From contig CP154954.1 in the NCBI GenBank assembly GCA_039621445.1, positions 34,693,737 through 34,757,736 of the forward strand: a stretch of DNA of 64,000 nucleotides, given 5' to 3'. The DNA is from Euglena gracilis. Its lineage: Eukaryota. Shown here piece after piece: positions 34,455-47,500 of this stretch (positions are counted from its first letter, which is position 1; the number at the start of each line of letters is the position of its first letter). The notes under the pieces were generated by a model that worked only from the letters and a program-made list of their open reading frames with translations, searched no databases and was not told the origin of the DNA. A program made the position numbers and the translations under genes.

Positions 34455-37400
34455 TCACGCTGGCTTCGGTTGTTTCTTCTTGCGTAATTTCGGCATGGAG
34501 GTGTCCACTGCCGTTGGGCGGCCCTCTTCATTGAGCTTGTTTTCTTCACCTGGGCCTTCCCTTTCGCGTGCTCTCTTGAGCTTGCTGGGCTTGCCCTCCG
34601 GATTTCGCTTGCCCTGCCAAACAGCGACATACAATTTGCACAATTTTGAAAAAGGCGAATGTATTTTTTGCTTTTTTTTTATGTTTCCCACCTCCCTGTC
34701 CCATTCTCAGTCTTCAAGAGACTGGGTTTGTTCAGAGATGGGGCAGGATGAGGTGTGTCAGAGCAGAAATTTTTAAATGACCCATAAGGAGAAAAAATGG
34801 CCAAAAATGGCCATATTTTGGCAATCCCGGACTTTGCCGCGATTTGTGAACAATTGGAAGGAACAGTGGAACTAATTGTTTATTATTCAAGGCCAAAGAG
34901 AACTTTGCTCGAAGAAAATTGACCATATAAAGGAGTCTCCTCCACAACCTGCCCATGCATCGAACTTGATGCAGGACCCGCCCCTCAGGGGAGGAAATCC
35001 CCCCAGGGGAGGACATGCCACCAGGCACCCAGGCACTAAAGCACATAATCGCCTCAATTTTGAGCGTGGAGTTGTGCCTGGAGGGATCCCAAGCATCCCA
35101 GGGAATTGTACAAGCAAGAACCCCAGGCTGTAAAATTCAATTTGAAAAAAAATCATCAAAATCATCAATCAAATGATCAAACATCAAAAAATCAACAATC
35201 ATTTTCATCGGGAATTCTTCATCGCCATTGGTGGTATTCTGAGTTGTTTGCTCCGAGGCGCAGACATTTGCTTTTGGCTAAATTCCTCTTCGGGTTCCAT
35301 CTGCACCCAGACATGCCACTCCTCAGTTGCTAGGGTTGAACTGAGAAAATTACATCAAACCATTTGAAGAGGGATGCCTTGGAAGAGAAAACGAGAGTTT
35401 GACTCTGGTAGGTTTCATGGACTCTTGCCAAAAAAACAAACGGAACTTGAATCGCTCAAAACTTCATTCGGATGGCAAATGTTTTCTGTCCATTCTTTTC
35501 ATCCTGTCTTCAAAGCTCTTTTCCCCCAACGGTTATCTCGTTGAGACATGGGAGGTGCAGACAAATCGACGCACACCGCCTACAATGCCCAAAATCAAAT
35601 TGTCAAAGGGAGGGATTGGGAGGCAACCCGAAATCAAACAGATGGGGAACACACACCAGCTGTTACGACACTTGGAACTGGTGCTGACATGCTGACTGAA
35701 ATGGCTTTGGCTCTGCAGCCGCCCTTAAAGACATGCGGAGCCTTATTAAATCACATACTACAGACTACGCCAGCCAGCCATCACGGAACTGATGTGTGTT
35801 GGTAAGCGCATTTGCGCAAATAAAAACAATTTTGTTTATTGGCGCATTTGCGCAAATAAACACACAACATTGAAAGAAAAAATACACGTTTGTGGGCACA
35901 AATGCGCGCACAATTTGTTGGTGCGTGCAAAGGCACAAACCAACATCTTGGGGAAACTGGTATGTGGATGGTTTGTACAATGGGAGGCAATGAACAACAT
36001 GTCTGTGTTAAAACACACTGATGAGGACCATGACTCTACGAGGTTTTTGAACGTGATGGACGTGCGCGCATTTGTGCAAATAAGCACAATAACATTTGTT
36101 TGCACATTTGCACATTTGCACATCAACATTTAATAATTCACTTCAGAATAATGTGTTTGTAGGTGCCTTAGTGCACACAAACACATTGTGTTGGTGCGCG
36201 CAAATGCGAGCACCAACACACATCAGTTGTGCGATACCATCTCCTCGTCCATGACGGCTGGCAAACACAATTCCTCACGCCAACCATTGATTCGCACAAC
36301 GAATACGTGGTGATAAAATTTGTGGTGAGAGATGTTTAATGTTCACTGGAACGCGACATCTGACTGGCTAAAAATTGCCTGCCTTACGTGTGTACATTTG
36401 CACTGCTGTTCCCCGGCCCATAAAGTCGGTTGTTTTGGCCTCATCCGTTTGGCAGATAAATGTAATGAATTGATGGTGTGGAAGGACCTACGACTGTTGG
36501 AACGCTTTTTTGCAATGGGTTTTTACCGGACTGCGTTGTTTGCGGCGCCTTGGTGTGGTGTTTTTGGGTTGTTTGTTTAAGCGCCGGGAGGAAGTGCCGG
36601 GGTGTGTGGGTGTGGTGTGACCAAGCCGGCGGGAATGACATAAGGTGAGGAAGGTAAGTGTGGGGTGTTTGGCAAGGGAAGCGCAGAGGGTAAGAAATGG
36701 GGTCCACAGGGAATGAAGGGGATGGACGTTTCACACCCCACTTGTCCCCGGGATCCGCACAACCAGTTTTGTGGCTGAGAACTCGGCAGAAGAAAACCTA
36801 CCTTTGAAGAATTAAATTGTGTTTATTTGTGCAAATGCGCACACCAACATAATTATGTTGGTGCGTGCATTTGCCCAAATAAACACAATATTGTCCTTCA
36901 AGGGTTGGGTTTTGATACCCATGATCTGGCGCCGTCAATAAACGGCGTGACAAAGGTAGACCAGCGGGCCATCCAATTGGTGGGTTTGTCACACTGTATG
37001 TCAACGGCGCAAGCTTATGGGAATGCGCGCACAAACAGAAATATGGTTATGTGCGCATTTGCACAAATGCGCGCATAAACATAATTCTGTTTGTGAGTGC
37101 AAATGCGCGCATAAACGCAAAGAAGAATGGTATGGCGGAAGCACAACTGTCACACACCAGCAGTACGATGTGGTTCATTTGCGCATTTGCGCGCAAATGC
37201 GCAAATGAACCACCAATGGAGGAGTAAAACAGCGGCTTCATTTGGCCCTCTGACAGCTACCCTTAGTGGCTTCTGGATGGGTTCAACCCAAATGACCACA
37301 CCGTATCCTCCGGCACATGGTGTTATGGTGCCGTTTCTCGTCCATTGACAGGTCCCACAAAAGATGGAGGCAGAGGATCTCCTGAAGGTGGGTGCGCAGC

Positions 37401-40400
37401 TACCCGATAACAGTACACGTCCACCGGCACCAATTTTAGGATCCCAATGGCCCTGCCACTGGCCTGCGGCCTGGGCTCCGTTGTTGCAGCCACATCAGCT
37501 GCTGATGCTTCAGCACCCACCAGACCGGCATCCACCTCCCCAGTGCATCAAGACCCAGCTTTTGCAGCCACGTTATACCCCGCAACTGGGGCGTGAGACT
37601 CGGGGGACAACGTGGTGCCAGTGCATAACAAACGGCAGCCGGAGAAAGGTAGCCCTGAAGCACCCGTTACTTTGAATGCAAGGAATTGTTGAACCTTTAC
37701 AGTCGTTTGGTTGCATGAAAGCTGTGGGATTCACTCCCCTCAAAGTATGCACAAAAACTGGTGTGTTTTGGTGAAGAATAACCAGAAAACGGACTCCGGT
37801 CCGACATGTGCCGGGTATTTAAAGTGCCAATTTTTGTCTTCTTGCAACATATTACTGTTCAGGACGCACACCGCTGGCAGCTCGGGCACACCTGGGGAAA
37901 CAGCCGAAACGAGCAACAAGGGCAGCAAAAGTCCCGTTCCTGTGCCGCTTTTTTTGCGTTTTTTTTTTACTCCCGGGGGGGAAGGTCCCGGGGGTTTCGA
38001 CGTGCAGAGCCCATTTTCGGACACCCCAAAAACACCATTTTTGGCCAAAGTCCCAGGGGTCATACCGCCAAAAACAGGATTTTGCTCATTTTTTGCACTC
38101 TCTTGTCACCTTGTTTTCAAACCCCCCTGACCTTCACAGCCGAAATCAAAAAGTTGGAAATTTGCGCAAATGCGCAAATAAACATAAAAAAGCTCTATAG
38201 TGTGAATCCGGCCGCCTGGCTCGATGAGGTCCACGAAGCCACAACGAGACGTAGGGGCGTCCGAACCCCTGCACCAAAAAAGTGCCCCCCCCTCCCCGAA
38301 TGGCCAAAATGAATCATTTTCGGTCTGGCAATTCGTACCAGGCCATAAATTTTTACCCCAAACATGCAATCCTTGGCAAATTTTGAGCAAAGCTTTTTTA
38401 AGATTGTTAAGGGAAAAAGGAGGACAACTGTGTCCATTTTCCGGGGTCCCAATTACAATTCCCCCACCATACAATTGCTTACCGACCCCGGGGGGGGGAG
38501 GGGGGGTCACTCCACTTTTTTAAAAACCAATCAGTCACTCATTTTCAAAAAACCAGCCAGTCACTACCCCCCCCCCCCGGGGGGGGGTCGGCCACTCAGA
38601 AAAACGGTTACTTTCCAGTCACTTTAGGCAAAAAAAATTTCCGGTGCCTTCGGCGCCGGGGTCACTCAAGCCACTTTTGCCCACTCCTGGCCGACCCCCC
38701 GGGGGGGGGGGAGGGGGTCCGGGCCAAAAACCAGTCAGTCACTCTGAAAAAAACCAGTCACCCCCCCCGGGGGGTGGGGTAGGTCAGTGCTTAAGCAATT
38801 GCCTGTCCCCCACTCCCAACCCTTTGCACCACAGGTTTTCTTAAGGACCCAGAAAGGTGCTGGCTGGAAAAAAGGTGCTGGCTGGGTCCAGGGGGATCCA
38901 GGGGGGTCCCCCTGGGGGGTGGGGGTCCAGGGAGGTGGTTCCACCCGGCTGGCAGCTGGACCCGGCGGGTACCAAAAAAAAAAAGACCCGAAAAAGCTCA
39001 AACCCAGCTGGGTTTGAATTTTTCAGAAAAATTTTGGTGGAAAAATCCCAAAAATAATCCCCAAAAGACCATTTTTTGGCCATTTTTAACCCCTTTTCCA
39101 AAACTTTCGGCTCTTTGCACCAAAATTTCGGTCCAGCCCGGCAAAAGTTTTGTCGGACTGGCCCAATCTTTATTTCAGCGGACCCCCGGGGAGGGGAGGG
39201 TCCACAGCCCGGCAGGAGGTGCTGGCTGGAAAAAGGTGCTGGCTGGCTGGACCCCCGGGGCAGGGTCCCCCGGCATAAGAAAACCGCTGCTTTTGTCTCT
39301 GCCAAGGTTGGCCTCCCTTAACATTTAATCTGTTGCGAGGGGGAAAATGATTCTGTTTTTGAATACAGAAAAGCAAAAGAAATCAGCTCCTCACTTGCTT
39401 TGAGAAAAGCACAAAATGCTGGAAAATCAAAAAAATCAGTGTTAAAAGAACCTCCATGACGTTCAGAGAAAAGAGTGCTTTGGAAACATGGACCACAGAG
39501 ATGAAACAAAAAGAATTGCCCCAGATGACGCAGCAATGAGTGTCTATGAAACCTTTGCGAGCAGCACCTGCAGATCAGCCTTTGTCGCTTTCAGCTTGGT
39601 GAAGGGTCGCCCGTCGGGGGCAAACCCATTTGGGAAAGACAGCTGCGCAGCCTGCTGGCACACGTGCGGGGTGGCGAATGTGATCTCCCTGTGCCGAGGC
39701 CAGGGTTGGACGGCCAGTTGGTTGGAAAAAATAAAGAAGATTGGCCGAGAACCCACATTTACGCAGCTGTGGCTTAAATTTTGTTGGGGGGGAGGGTCAG
39801 CACAATGTTGGGAAAGGGGGGAATAATTTCAACGAATTTCATTTCCAAATTTCATCAGGATTTCGCCTTCTTTTGCGGTTGAATACTGTGACCACAATCC
39901 AGAAACCCTCTGGCACAAATACCTTATCACAGAGGTTATCACCACAATAGAGACCATCCCCTCCCAGCATGGGCAGAGGCCAGGCAGAAATGTTACTTCA
40001 AAAAAACCCTCAACTTCACATCATTCTTAGCCTCAGAGCAGCGCAAGGGGGGAGGGGATGAACCAAGGCAAAGAAGACAGGAAATGATTCTGAGGAGAAG
40101 GAGCCGACATCCGCTTCAGACCAACGCCCTACCAGGAACACACACATATATCAAGATCGATTTGGGTTTCCGTTTGAACGGCGAAAACAAGCTCAGGATC
40201 AGCGATGGCCAGTGTCATTCGGCTTGAATTTGTTTCGCGTCTGTGTCCTCTGCCTACCAGGGGAACCCCCTGGGGGAAATACAATCAGTCACCACCAGAG
40301 CGTTGTTTAAAGACCCCTGGGCCTGGGGGGTCAAGCTCAGAGGCTGGAAAATTTGGGCTGGCTGGAAAAAGGCTGCTGGCTGACCCCACCCCTCCCCCAT

Positions 40401-42981
40401 GGGGGTTCCGGCTGGAGTTGCCCGATCTGGGGTCGAACCGGGCACCAAAAAAATCGAAATCACAAAAATATCTCAAAAAAACTGACAATTATGCAAAACA
40501 ATCAATTCTTGACTCCCAAAACGTGCTGGACAGCTTTTTTCCGACCCATTGTCGCCCATTGTTGACCCATTTTTGGTACATTTTGTTCCCCCAAAACGAA
40601 AAATCCATTACCGTCCAGTCACCCTTCGGGCAGCTGGAAATAAAATAAATCTAGTTGATGGGGGGGAGAGGGTCCGGGTGGAAAGAGGCTGCTGGCTGGA
40701 AAAAGGCTGCTTGGCTGGCTGGATCCCCCCCCCGGGGGGTCAAATTTCTTAAGAACGCAGTGGTCACCCCTGGGCTTGGAGCGTCACTGAGGTGTGGTCC
40801 CCCCTCCAGTGTACAAAAGTGGAAAATCCATGTCAAAGTCAAAGGGTCTTTCATATGGTATGATGAGGTCCGAATGAAATGCTAACAATGGGGGCGAACA
40901 ACGGACTGGGGTGGAGTCCACAGAGGAGACATTGTGCGCAGCCATTAAAAATACAACACTGGCAACAAACACCACAATTATTTTCTTTGGAACGGAGGGG
41001 AAGAGCAGTGTTTAGCAAAAGAAACCTCTCCAAATTGGTATCCTTCTTCAAAAGATAGCCTTCATGAGGCAACTTCTGATGGCAAAGAACGGAACGTACG
41101 CGTCTGGCTGGCCATCTGTCTTGGGCGAAATCCATTTGATGTCGACAATGGCGTTCACTCCTGCAGGAGGCAATCCGTGGATTGGTTAATGGCAATGGTG
41201 TCTGGTGGCTTGCCCCTCTCCTTCTTGCCAGCTCTGTGTCACAGCACCAACAACCCAAAACAGGACCCAAAACAGCACCCAAAATCCCCTTTGGGGTCGT
41301 TTTTGTCTTTTCTCATGAAATTAAGCATTTTTGGAGGCCAGATCATCCAGAAAAATCGATTTTTTTTCGAAATTTGTTGTCAGAGATTGTGATTTTTGCC
41401 TACAATTTCAGGTCAAAATCCGGGTCGTCGGCCCGAGATGGGGGGCGGGTATTAACTCGGTGGCCGAAGTCGGACCCCGAGGGGGGGGATTATTTGGGGG
41501 GAGGGTTTATTTTGCACTTTTCAGTTTTTGCTTTTATTCAACCTGTACTTCTGATTTATGAGTTGCAAATGACACCTGGCTTTGACAATGCACCGTAATG
41601 CTTGATGATCTCCCCCTCCAAAGCTGCTGGACAACTGTACAAGAGAAGCTGATTGCCGCCAACGTGGAAGCCAAATTGACGGGGCATGCCAACGGAATGT
41701 TGATGATGAAGCAAACCGTTCCAATCCGCACAAAAGTCTCAACCAGGAAAAGTGAAATAGCTCCAAAGTATGAAATTATTTTTGATATGCACCCTTCTTT
41801 CTCAAACCTCAATTTGGAAACAGGGTTGTTTTTGAAACTACGCAAAATGGACTGGCTCCTTCCACCTCCTTTCAGTATTGGCTTTCATTGCTTCAATATT
41901 GGCTTTCATTGATGTGAGTTTTGACAAAACAAAGAATAACTGCATTCTAAAGGCATTTAAAGGCAGTTCCTTGAAGGAATCTCTGGTGAAGCGCCAAGCC
42001 GTCGCACAATCGACATTCAAAAAATCACCTTCCAAAATTTTTTCCTGCAGTGTGCAGAGAAGTTTGAAGTGTAAGGAGCAGGATTTGATATAAGGGGAGG
42101 TGGGGGGTCGCCCCCCCCCTCGTCTGGGGGGGGGGGGGGGGCTGGACCGAGCTACTGTTTTGGTGGGAGGACACCCCCTTTACCTAAACAGTAGCTTGAT
42201 CCAGGTGACTAATTTTTGGCCCTCCTCGTATCGAACCCTGGGGACTCCTGCCACTTTTCTCAAAAAAAATTCGGGTGCCTTCGGTGCCGGGTGTACCACT
42301 TTCGGCCTCTTCTTGCCAACCCCACCCTGCGGGGGGTGTTGGGGGGGATCAGAGACACCTTAAGCAATGATACACCTGGAGCATTGATGTTATGGCCCAG
42401 ACATGCGACAATTACTGTCACTTTCACTTTCAATCTGTTTTGAAAAACAACTCACCCAACCTCCTCTCCGGGGGCAGGGTAATAAATGAGAAGGGGTAAT
42501 AAAGGGAAGGAGGGAGAGGGGTGGTCCCAGACTCTTTGTGGCAAACCACCGAAAGAACTTCCAGACATCCTTGGGGAAACTAAAAAAAGCTTTCTCCACT
42601 CTGCCTCCTTGAAAGAAATGTCATACATGCCCCCCCCCACCCCCAAGTGGACAAGGCTGGCCCACTCCAACCAGAGGTGGGGAGAGAAAATTCCTCAGCA
42701 CACAATGCAGGGTTGCCAGGTTCCCACTGAGACCGGTGGAAGCAAGCCATAGCTGGCTGGCTGCCGAGATGGGTCCATTTTGGGCTTCATCGGATCAAAA
42801 AAGCAACAGCCCCCTCCATTTTAGCTGGGCCAATGGGGGCAGTGAAGACCCTCCACCACGAACAGCCCAGTGTGAAACCTCGGTTCCTGAATGACACCAA
42901 CCACTTCATAGCTTCAGCGACCTGAACAAATAACAAAACCCCGGCTACGGCAATTGTGGCACTTCGCCATCTGAGAGTCAT
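34455..42981 (-). CDS. Tentative multi-exon gene (possibly more than one) of unknown product with a signal-peptide-like N-terminus
   Basis: MTLRWRSATIAVAGVLLFVQVAEA at 42981. Candidate exons HNINAP|GVNAIVDIKWISPKTDGQPDAYVPFF (about 42376 / 41160), AVQPWPRHREITF...KATKADLQ|GT (39568-39720), ERDFCCPCCSFRLFPQ (about 37892-37939, AG/GT-bounded), and a basic C-terminus KLRKKKQPKPA* (34455). Not fully linked. Confidence 0.4.
35773..37220. repeat. Degenerate elements rich in GCGCATTTGCGCAAAT palindromic motifs
   Basis: Inverted arms AACTGATGTGTGTTGGT / ACCAACACACATCAGTT (about 35787 / 36212); a second motif cluster at 36820-37210. Confidence 0.6.
38468..38805. mobile_element. hAT-like MITE (CAGTCA-repeat family C)
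   Basis: TIR CATACAATTGCTTA / TAAGCAATTGCCTG; perfect TSD TCCCCCAC; related copy at about 59320-59615. Confidence 0.88.
40296..40762. mobile_element. hAT-like MITE (family B)
   Basis: CAGAGCGTTGTTTAA / TTAAGAACGCAGTG; flanks GTCACCAC / GTCACCCC (7/8). Confidence 0.78.
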
Positions 42982-43056
42982 TGGATTCGCCACAGGCACA
43001 ACACTCTCCAGCAGGCACCAACAGCTAGAGGAACCTCGGTGCTTCATGTCTGTGCA

Positions 43057-43065
43057 TGTGCGTGC

Positions 43066-43134
<69 letters not shown>
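43057..43134. repeat. (TG)n microsatellite
   Basis: Direct reading. Confidence 0.95.
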
Positions 43135-43136
<2 letters not shown>

Positions 43137-44512
43137 TGCATGAAAAATAATGGCAGGATCCTGACAAGCAGTTTTGGTGAGATGATGCCATATAAAAAAC
43201 TTCCATAATTCAAAACTTGAAACTGGTCACACATCATCAAATCAGGGAATTTCTTCAGGCCCGGGGGGAGGGGACAGAAGAAAGAGGACACACCCCCTGG
43301 ACCGGGTAAGGTCCACATTCACAAAAAAACAACATTTTTGAACATTTTTTTGCCACTTTTCCATTTGTGCCAAAAAAAACTGGATCAGTGGGCTGTGCCG
43401 CCTTGCTGGGCTTAACATTTGGGGGTGCTATATTTGCGCAAAAAGGGTTTGTGCTGCGCTCTGTGAACTTTCACCGCATTGGTCTGTGGCAGGTGGAATT
43501 TGACCAACCCTGTGAGGGGGGTCTCAGGGTGCCCTAGAAAGCTGGGCAGTCAGGCACGCCCCCGGATGTCTGCCTGGTTGTGGGCCCAAAAATGTCCAAA
43601 CGAAGGGCTTTCTGGGCATACAGCATTTCGGCTCTGGAAATGCCTTGGCTGAGTGCCCAGGCACCTTGTGCCCTACCCCTCCCCCAGGGCGTACGGGAAG
43701 GCCTGGTGGGGGGTTGTTAGACCCCCCCACCTGGGAGGTGGGGGGTCGACCCCCACCCGGTACCCGCTCAGAGAAAATTTCTTCGGCGCCGAAGACGCTA
43801 AGGTAAATTTGACCCCGGAAATACGGGAAGGCCTGGTGGGGGGGGGTCGACCCCCCCCCCCACCACCTATCGACTTGCAGGGATTCCCATTCGGCCCTGC
43901 CCCCTGCTGTTTTGTGACAATTTTTGCAAGTTTTGTAACTGTCCTTATCAAAAAAAAATTGGTTGCTGAAAAATGCGCACCCGAGCACTTATTGGGGGGG
44001 GGTCATGAATAGCTAAATCAGACCCTGGGGGAGGCTTTGTATTTGGAAAGCTCTGCATTTAGGGGGGCTTCATATTTGGATGGGTTTTACCACCCACAGA
44101 TTGGCATCTCTTTGTTGCGTGTTGGCAAATCCATCAGCAAATGGCAGCATACACCATGCAAAACCCAAAAATATCCATTTGCAAACCACAGAAAAACCAT
44201 GTGAAGCAGCACATGAAATAGCACTTGATCAGTTACAGCAAAGAGAAGCGTCGGTGTCTGCACCCAAATCTCCCCACGTGCTACAGCAGCAGGAACATTT
44301 CCGACCGCAGTTTCCTGGCAGCAAGCAATACGCAGAGAACAGAATGCGGCAAATGCAGTTTTGTGAGGCGTAGCTTCAAAAAAAATTACTGAGTCAAAAA
44401 TAACGCAAATCTGAAACCTCAATTTTTTTGTATTTCCAAATTTGTTGCTCACAGTGGGACCATAGCTTCCTAATATCAAAGAGTGAGAGGGCGGATAAGA
44501 AGACTGTTCCAC

Positions 44513-47500
44513 CTGTGCATCCGCCGCTGTACCAGCTGCCTTTCCCGCAAAGCAGGAGATGCATGTGAAGCGTGCCGAGAAATTCAGCCGGTGGCACTGT
44601 GGACAAATCCAGTCTCCTGAGAACAGGACAAAGAGGTGGGAAACATCACAAGGACCCTCAAAAAAATGAAAAAAATTGCTCAATTTTGTGCATTTTTTGA
44701 AGTCCATTTAACCAATTAATAAGATTCGAAAAATATGATCACTCACTGAGAGTTAGGGTCACAGGTGGGGTGCTTGAGTTCTTTTCTGTTTATAATATGA
44801 TCGAAGCTAAGCACCAGGGAAAGGGGGTGCCCAACCCCCCACCTCGGGGTACGTTGGAAGAACGGGGTACGTTGGGATCACCACCAGGACCCCAGCCAGA
44901 CATTATCAAGGTCTTTAAAACACATTATTAAAAACCTTAAAATGCCTTAAAATATCTTAAAATGCCTCAAAAATTCGGCCTGGGGAAAAATGAAGTCACA
45001 AACAGGTCATTGCTCAAGCACCCCGGGGGGTCCACTGGCTAGCCATTTTGCCAGGCACACTGGAAAAATGGACCAACTAGACCCCCCCCCTCCCACTGGG
45101 GACGGGAGGATCAGGGGTCCCCCGACTGGAAAAAAAAATCCTCCAGTGCTGCGCGCCGAGATGGAAATGAGGCTTTTTTAACGGGCTTTTTGGCTGATTT
45201 TGTCAAAAAAAACCGAAAAAATGGCCAAAAAAATGGGGACTTTGGGTCATTTTTTGGGGGGGTACCAGAAAAAAATTCTCGCTTCACGCCGGTCACTGGG
45301 AAAAATTTCCCACTCACTAGCCCGGCTAGCGGACCCCCCCCCCACTGGCTAACCCTGACCCAAAAATCAAAGCATGTGTCTTTCAACATTTTTGATTCCT
45401 GACCTGCACCGACATTAGTTTAATACCCGGACTCCCCTTGGACCGCTCCGGAAAAACGGTGCGTGAAAATGCCTGAAAATTTGAAAGGAAAAAAATTGCA
45501 AAAAAATATGACCCCTGACCCCTGACCCCAGACCGTTTTCCAACCCCCCCAAACAAGCAACGGGACCCCGGCTCTCAGAAACATCTGTGTTTGACCCCCA
45601 ACTCCCTGCCAGGCCGGAGTTGTTCAGCCGACAAGGGGTCCAAACTGGGCAGCACCAAACGCCCCATTTTCGATGCTATTTTTGCCGAGCTGAGCTTTGG
45701 GTCAACAAAGTTCCAAAACATCTGGAGAAAACAGATTTTTTTAAAATAAATTTAAAAAATAAATTCTTTTTAAAAAAGCCTGTAAAGGCGAAATATACCC
45801 TCTATCTCCCCCAAATGCAATACGCCATATGCCTGCACCCTCACCTGTGTTGCAGCTCGTTTTTGAAGTCCAAAATGACCATTTTGGACCTTTTTTCAGG
45901 TTACTCAATGGAGGTCAAAAAAGCTTTCAAAATATCTGGCAAGTTCACAAATCAAAATCAAAGCATCTTAGGTACGGGACGATAGAATCCTGGTGCTGGC
46001 CGTTCCCCAATCAAACCCTGGTTCGATTTGGTTTTGTTGGTGTTGGTCATTTTGAGGGGAGGTATTCCATTTTGCCAAATTTTCTTCAAAGGTTTTATTT
46101 TAAAATTTTCCGATTTATTCCAGAATATGTTGAATGGACTTGGTATTTTTGAAGTATGTTTGGAAAACTGTGAGCATGCAAATGCATTCTTGGGTTTCCC
46201 AGCCCCACCAGTCACCTTGCTCACCTTGCTCACAACTCCATTGGAATATACAATATCGTTCATTATCTGATTCGTCCTCTTCAACCTACATCCGCATCTG
46301 ACACAGGTTTGACTGAGAAAAGAGGTGAAAGAAATGCCAATGGTCCACAAAAGGCTGCAACTCACCTTGCTTTGTTTTATTCTGGCTTTCCTATTGTGGT
46401 TACTCCGGTTTATTCACAACCAGAATATTTGCTGTCGAAAAATTGAAATCGAAAAATCAAATATATTTTTAAAGAAAATGTCCTGGGAGCAGAATACATC
46501 CAATATAAAGGCAGGTGGACCCCCTCTATTTGGGGGGGGGGGGGCACAACCTGCATAAACAGTGGCGTGGTCTGGGTGACCAATTTCAGCTTGGCGCAAA
46601 GAGTCGGGATGAAAATTTTGCCTCCCAAAAATGGCCGAAAATGCCATTTTGGGCACTTTTTGGGCAAGAATTTATGAAACATGTATAAAAAAGCAAAGCA
46701 TCAGAAAGAAAATTCTGACCTTTGGGGGGTCCCGGGTACCCCCCCTGGGTTGGCCCAGACAGGCCTTGGCAGGTGGGGGGGAGTCCTCTACCAGACCCCT
46801 CCGGCAGAGGAGGGGGGGGAACACCACCCCACCGAACACCTGGAAGCGACTTCTGTTGTGGAGATAAATCTGCTGGTCGAAACTGTTTACACTCGACGCA
46901 CTGGAATTTGGTGGCAAAGTTGATAACTGAGGGGAAAATGGGAAAATACGCCACACCCACGCCAGCAGGAAAAAACTGCAACCATTTTTTCTGCTTTGAA
47001 GGAAGGTTCGCCGCCAGAAGAACAAAACATAAGAGCTGGACATTTGAAGAAAAAAATGCACATTCAATGAATCAAAAAAAAACAAGCAAGAACATTACTT
47101 ACTTACACACAAAAACTATCACATGTGGTTAGTGGTCCTTGATCCATATCCCCTGATTGCGTTTGTTATGGCCCACAAATCTGTTGCTTGAAAATGCATT
47201 TGAAATAAGTGGTGTGTACTCTCATAAAAAAAAAACACACCGGAACAAGAAGGGCAGACCCAATCCCCCGATTCCAAAGCGTCATCCAGCTGCGGGTTCA
47301 TTTCCTTGCAGCGCCGACAGCTGGCCCTGCAGGTTTGGAGTGGGCATCACAGCAATCAAAGCACGACAATCAAAAGAAGGCAAAAGCAAAGCAGGCCTGG
47401 AGGAGGAGCACCTTTTGCGGAAGTTGCGCTCACCACATTTGCATGCCCAGTCTCCTTTTGGTAGTTCCACGTCGGGCCTGTAAATGCACACAATAGAATA

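Noticed and set aside
41520-42040. Possible decayed transposase fragment (AWRFTRDSFKELPL, GLERFASS)
   Set aside because: Only a vague resemblance to the hAT dimerisation domain, in separate short ORFs; it needs a translated HMM search.
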